Positions 58,481 to 64,000 of a stretch of 64,000 nt of DNA are shown here, one piece after another. How positions within the stretch are numbered: the stretch's first letter is position 1; every line of letters starts with the position of its first letter. The position numbers and the translations under genes are program-made. Source of the stretch: Felis catus (Eukaryota); the NCBI RefSeq assembly GCF_018350175.1, contig NC_058368.1, positions 29,700,001 to 29,764,000 on the forward strand, given 5' to 3'. The notes under the pieces were generated by a model that had not been told where the DNA came from, searched no databases, and saw only the letters and a list, made by a program, of their open reading frames with translations.

Positions 58481-60081
58481 TGGAGTAAAAAGTTGTTATA
58501 GATAGGAAAACTCAGTCGTCAAAATAGCAACCATTTGCTAACTCAAGGGGCCAATTAGGCAATGGGCTGTTCATTGGAAAATTCAAGATGTGGATCAAAA
58601 CAATTCCAATTAGATTCACATCCTGTGTGAGACCAAGAATAGTATACAGAAATACTCCTTGGGCCCTACATCCATGTGGAATAGTGTTCCACTCATGTTT
58701 ATCAGGAAGAATACTCTTCCTGAGACTGCCATGATTTTTCTTAAAACCTTTGTCCATGAGCCATGTGAAAATTTTCTTTTGAGCTTGGACATGCACACAG
58801 ATGTTATATAACATATGCTTTAAGTCTATCTCCATTTGTGGAATTTCTACCTCCATTCTACCCCATGGTCATGTCAGAATCTATGAATTAACTGCCTGAG
58901 GGAGCTTCATGTCAAACGGGAACCCAGCTCAGGGAATTGAGTACAGGGAACTGCCATGGGTTTGCTGTGCAGTTGGGAAAACTCACCTCCCTTCCTCAGA
59001 CCTCAGTCTTCTCACTTGTAGATGAGGCTGGTATGACTCCCCCTTCTCACAGGGCTGTTTGCACACACAATGGTAGCTCATTAGTGGAGTGCTTTGAAAA
59101 GATCATATGGACTCCTGTTGGGTACTGTCGGGAGGCTAACCTCCAGGCTTATGAAAATGGATATTAAAACCATGCATCTGCTTGTTCCAGTCACTGAGTG
59201 CACATGAACAGTCCCTTAGTTGTATTTATAACACTGCAGTTTTTTTCCGAAGAAAGAAATTAAATTTGTTTTTTCAAATTTTACAAACGCAACCACAAGT
59301 TAGTCTGCTTGAATGAATTTCAAATCATAATGTAGATAATGTCAGGATGGCAATAAAACTTATGAAATAGAGCAGGGGTGGGGAAAAGAGAAAGCAGGAG
59401 GGAGAGATTCAGACAGCTCTGCTTTTCTGCCTGGCAATTTTTTCTCCCCCCGCCCCCTTCTATGCCCTTCAATCCCCGAGAACATGTAAACCTTTCTACT
59501 CCTCTTCATTGAAATGAGTCTGGCCAGATGGTATTAATGCTTGTAAAGGTAAATGGAAACTGCAAAGACGGATGTAGTCTGTCATCTAGTTCAGGATTTT
59601 TCAATTCTTCCTAACTGTCATCTTACGGCTCACCTATGATTGGAACCAACCTAGCTCAAAATGGTGAAGTTGAAGGCTTCTGTGTGTGTGCCCTCACCTT
59701 CCCCTTCTGCCCTTGTTTTTCCACTCGGTTCATTTATTCCACAGGACTGTGTGCCCAGTCCCGCTCCAGTATGGTCCTATGTACAGGGAAGACTCCAATA
59801 TGAATGGGGCCAGTCTCTGCTTATAAGAAACATGCTGTGTTGTGGAGATGCTACCAGTTTTCAGGGCAACAAGGCTTACACCCACGAGCTAACTTGTAAT
59901 GGTGCAGTTTTAGGAGCAGGAGGAGTGTGGGGAGGGCAAAAGGCCTTTGGGGTGTCTCAGAAATCATACTGCAGAGGCTGTGTTGCTTGTGCATGATAGG
60001 ACCCTAGTGTAAGAAAGGGTTTTATCATCTCCAAATGACCACTGAGAGGCCTTTGGAATGAAGTTAAATAGCCCCTCCATC

Positions 60082-60082
<1 letters not shown>

Positions 60083-60125
<43 letters not shown>
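60083..60125. repeat. (AC)21 microsatellite
   Basis: Direct read. Confidence 0.97.
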
Positions 60126-60127
<2 letters not shown>

Positions 60128-60776
60128 AGGTGAGGGATAACAATTGCTTTATGCTTGTCTTCTTTAGAGACCATTTGGTCACAGTTTGCTCAAGCTGGCT
60201 TAGGCAAAAAGGAAAATTTGCCTCATAGAATACTGGAGGAGAGATGGCAAAAGGGCTCCCAGGAGGCTGAGTCCAGGAACTGAAAAGCCACCAGGAGCTG
60301 CGTCAGCTACCCTGTGGGGCCTCAGGGTCTCTGCTTTCCTTTGTCAGCTTGATTCCCTTTTTTTTCCTTGGCTGACTGTTTTTCTTAACTCACATATGCA
60401 CCAAGCATATCTGCCTCTTCCCTGACTTATCAAAAATCGCAGGGTCCCAATGCCAAATTCCCCAAATAAGTGACTTTGATTGACCATTAGATTGGCCTAA
60501 AGATAGACTCACTTAATTCAATCAACACTTGAAGTGACAGAATTACATTATCATAACATAATCTGACCATTTACTTGCTTGGAGATACTATATATAGTGT
60601 TTGGTTTTCTTGGGTCTCGAGATTGGAGATATCTGGGTTTGGAGCTTGTCTTTGTGACCTACTAGCTGTATAACTTTGGGTAAATTATGAGATTGCCCAT
60701 CTCCCCCATCTCAGCCTTCATCTATGGATCACCAAGTTTTTTATGAGAATTAGTATTTATTAAATGAGGAAATGCA

Positions 60777-61703
60777 CCAAAAACAAATAATCCAGTGAAG
60801 GAATGGGCAGAAGACATAAATAGACACTTCTCCAAAGAAGACATCCAGATGGCCAACAGACACATGAAAAGATGCTCAACATCGTTCATCATCAAGGAAA
60901 TACAAATCAAAACCACAGTGAGATACCACCTCACCCCAGTCAGAGTGGCTAAAATTAACAACTCAGGAAACAACAGATATTGGCGAGGATGTGGAGAAGA
61001 GGGGAACTCTCTTGCAGTGTTGGTGGGGATGCAAACTGGAACAGACACTCTGGAAAACGGCATGGAGGTTCCTCAAAAAATTAAAAGTAGAACTACCTTA
61101 TGACCCAGCAATAGAACTACTAGGAATTTATCCAAAGGATACAGGAGTGCTGATTCATAGAGGCACATGTACCTCAATGTTTATAACAACGCTATCAACA
61201 GTAGCCAAATTATGGAAAGAGCAACCCAAATGTCCATCAACTGATGAATGGTTAAGAAAATGTGGTTATATGTACAATGGAATACTGCTTGGCAATGAGA
61301 AAGAATGATATCTTGCCATTTGCAACAACGTGAATGGAACTGGAATGTATTATGTTGAGTGAAATAAGTCAGTCAGAGAAAGACAGGTATCATATATTTT
61401 CACTCATATGTGGACTTTGAGAAACCTAACAGAAGACCATGGGGGAAGAGAAGGGGAAAAAATGAATCAAAAAGAGAGAGAGGCAACTATAAGAGACTCT
61501 TAAATATAGAAAACCAACTGAGGGTTGATGGGGGGGGGGGAGGAGGAGAGGGGAAAATGGGTGATGGACCTTGAGGAGGGAACTTGTTTGGATGAGCACT
61601 GGGTGTTATATGTAAGCAATGAATCATGGGAATCTCCCAAAGCCAAGAGCACACTGTGTACGCTGTATGTTAGCTAACTTGACAATAAATTATATTAAAA
61701 AAA
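60777..61703 (+). mobile_element. 5'-truncated carnivore/felid L1 inserted into a MIR
   Basis: ORF fragments [27 protein letters not shown]...[10 protein letters not shown] and [13 protein letters not shown]...ELPYDPAI (frameshifted ORF2 end); TSD taaa(t/a)gagg(a/g)aatgca at 60761-60776 and 61704-61719. Confidence 0.95.
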
Positions 61704-63047
61704 TAAAAGAGGGAATGCATATAAAGTGACTAGCATGGTGTCTGGCACTCACTGCATATTATAAACAAAAAATTTGTTCACATCTCCCTTGTATATAAAT
61801 CGAATTCTAGCAAACTGGTTCCCTTTTAGCACTCCTTGGGGAGTTCAATATATAAAAATATTGTATAATAAATACTTTGGAACACATATAGTAGGGATCA
61901 ATCAGAACATAGGAGGCTACTTTTTTTTTCTCTCTGATTTTCTCGAAACAGTAAAAGGAGATTAATGCTAGAAATTGGGAGGAATTCCTCAAATGGATGG
62001 GATTGGAAAGAGCCAAGAAAACCATAGTTCAGAATCTATGCGGAAGAAAACAACTGTAGTGTTAGAGAAGAATGAAGGCCACTATGGGCTTAGCTTCTGA
62101 AAATTTAAGGAGCAAGAAGAGGGTCCTGGGGCAATTGTTAGGACCTCAATTGAGAACTGCCTTCAGACTAGAAGGGCTAGTTGTAATTCTCACTAACCTC
62201 TTGCCGAACAGCAAGTGTGGCTAAAAAAGCAGACATGGGGAAGGTGTCTCGTGGGGGAAGATTTCTTGGGTCATTGGAGGGTCTGGAGGTGAAATAACCA
62301 AGGTGACCTTGAGGAAGTTCCAGATTTCATAAGAGATACAAAGGGGAGAGAAGGAAAGACCTTCTTCTCAGAAGGGAAATCACTGAGTTCTTCATTGCTA
62401 CAGTAGAGTCCCCTTCACCTTGGCAGTTGGCGAGGGTTCCCCAGCTGCCTGCAGCCCCATGCTCTAGCTTCCCTTCTGGGACAGCCCCCTCACAAAGAAC
62501 CCTATCAAGAGAAATGTCTTTTAGGGAAACCAATCAACGCAATTGCAGAAGAAACATTTGTCAGCTACTCACACTGCTCGCAGTATGAAGGGGCAACCAA
62601 TGAGTATCAGACACTTGAGGAGAACCAACAGCATGAAAGAGAAGTACCAAGATTGAGAAGAAGAGCTTCTGATCTTGGAAGAAAAAGGGACAATTCAGGA
62701 AACAGAAGTTTGAGAAAAAAAAAAAACTGCGAGGGAAGTGCACTCATTAAAACAATAACAAAAATAGACTGTTCTGAAAAAGAAAGACTCAGAGAGCAAG
62801 GAATAGTTCTAGAAAGTTAAAAATATGAAATGGAAAATTCAAATAAGAGGACTGAGCAATGGAATAGACCCAATTTGTGACCTGGAAGATACGTCTCAGG
62901 AAATCTATCAGAATTCAGAGCAAAAATACATGGAGATGGAAAATACAGTAAAAAAGTTAAAAGACAAAAAGGATCAATCCAGGAAGGAAGGAAATCATGG
63001 GAGAAATAGTTCTTTATGTTAAAGAGAGACAAGAATCGTCTATTTTA

Positions 63048-63256
63048 TTACATTTTTTATTTTTTAATGTTTATTTTATTTTTGAGAGAGAGAGAGTGAG
63101 TGCTAGTGGGGGAGGGGCAGAGAGAGAAGGGGACAGAGGATCTCAAGCGGGCTCTGTGCTCAGAGCAGAGAACCTGATGTGGAGCTCAAACCCACAAACC
63201 ACAAGATCATGACCTGAGCTGAAGTCACTTCATCAACTGAGACACCCAGGTGCCCC
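63048..63256 (-). mobile_element. Can-SINE
   Basis: agatcatgacctgagctgaagtc...caactgagacacccaggtgcccc. Confidence 0.94.
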
Positions 63257-63404
63257 AAGCATTATCTGTTTTAAAGTAGTCACCGAAAACCAGTAGAACT
63301 AATGTAAAAAATCTATACCAGAAAATCCTGGCAAAAAGGACAGATTCCAAGGAAAAAAGAAAATCTGAAAAAGCTTCCAGAAAAAGAGAAATCTTATCTA
63401 CTAT

Positions 63405-63905
63405 TGTGGACAATGGTAGTTACAGTTTTACCTTTCTTGTGTGATTTTCCTTCTGTCCGTGCCATTCAGATGAGACTGAATTATAGCATCGTCCCCCACC
63501 CCCACCCATCCAAACCAGGCCATAGGGAGAGTGTGATTAGCTCAGGAAGGGCAGAAAACCCAAAAGGGCTCACTCAGAGTCCTCTCCAGGGTTTTCTCCT
63601 GTGTTAATGGGGGAAGTGGGTCTCTCTCTTTTGGGTTATGTGGGAGCAGGGATGTTGGCTGTAGCTGTGTGTAGTTATTTTCTTGCATAGAGGAAGCTTG
63701 TCACAGTAGGAAGAATGAGCCCAACATAGAAACACAGACAAATAGAGCCACAAGACATGGAAAAGAACCCTGATGACTCTGTTTGGACCACTGGACTCAG
63801 CCATACTTCAGGCCAGCTCCACCCCTGGGCTTTCCAGGTATGAGCTGATAAATTCCCTACTTTGCTGGAGCTGGTTGAGTTGGGTTTCTGTAATATGCAC
63901 CTGCC
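63405..63905 (+). mobile_element. Old MaLR LTR (MLT1K/L-like)
   Basis: ccactggactcagccatac...gataaattccctactttgct...gagttgggtttctgt. Confidence 0.6.
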
Positions 63906-64000
63906 AAGGAATGAGTCAGACTGGCATCAGACTTCTCACTAGATACACAGGTGCTAGAAGCTAAGGCAGAAAAATCTTCTAAGTTCTGGAGGAAAATAAT

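Larger units (their letters stand above)
62500..64000 (+). mobile_element. HAL1 ORF1 fossil, interrupted by a SINE and a MaLR LTR; runs off the window
   Basis: LEDTSQEIYQNSEQKYMEMENTVKKLKDKKDQSR resembles the HAL1/L1 ORF1p coiled coil; resumes after the LTR with agactggcatcagacttctca...gctagaag. Confidence 0.7.

Noticed and set aside
60795..61308. L1 ORF2-like ORFs (also 6739-7236, 45984-46256, 36530-36715)
   Set aside because: 5'-truncated, frameshifted L1 ends lacking EN/RT domains; not functional genes.
62825..63022. ORF1p-like peptide as a domesticated gene (L1TD1-like)
   Set aside because: Only 65 codons, flanked by stops and interrupted by a SINE and an LTR.

Overview
Eukaryotic, mammalian non-coding DNA, almost certainly from a cat-family (Felidae) genome. 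It carries about 24 tRNA-derived carnivore Can-SINEs, including a near-pristine young felid SINEC_Fc-type copy at 28339-28557. It also has carnivore and older L1 fragments, two HAL1 fossils, MaLR/ERVL solo LTRs (MLT1, MLT2, LTR16-like), hAT MITEs (MER5, MER33-like), many MIR and L2 remnants, and microsatellites. I can support no protein-coding gene, real tRNA/rRNA or CRISPR array. The listed ORFs are chance ORFs, SINE/microsatellite read-throughs or broken L1/HAL1 pieces. Between the repeats lie several repeat-free blocks dense in developmental TF motifs, consistent with a gene desert or large intron holding enhancers; this is an inference and I cannot name the locus. I found no new biological system. 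The best oddities are: a mosaic 155-bp direct repeat in HAL1 suggesting gene conversion, a candidate L1 3' transduction, an orphan L1 5' end inside another L1, repeated insertion into identical target sites, a perfect 46-bp palindrome and candidate non-coding exons. Repeat subfamily names come from recall of consensus sequences, not from a search. Boundaries of old repeats are approximate.
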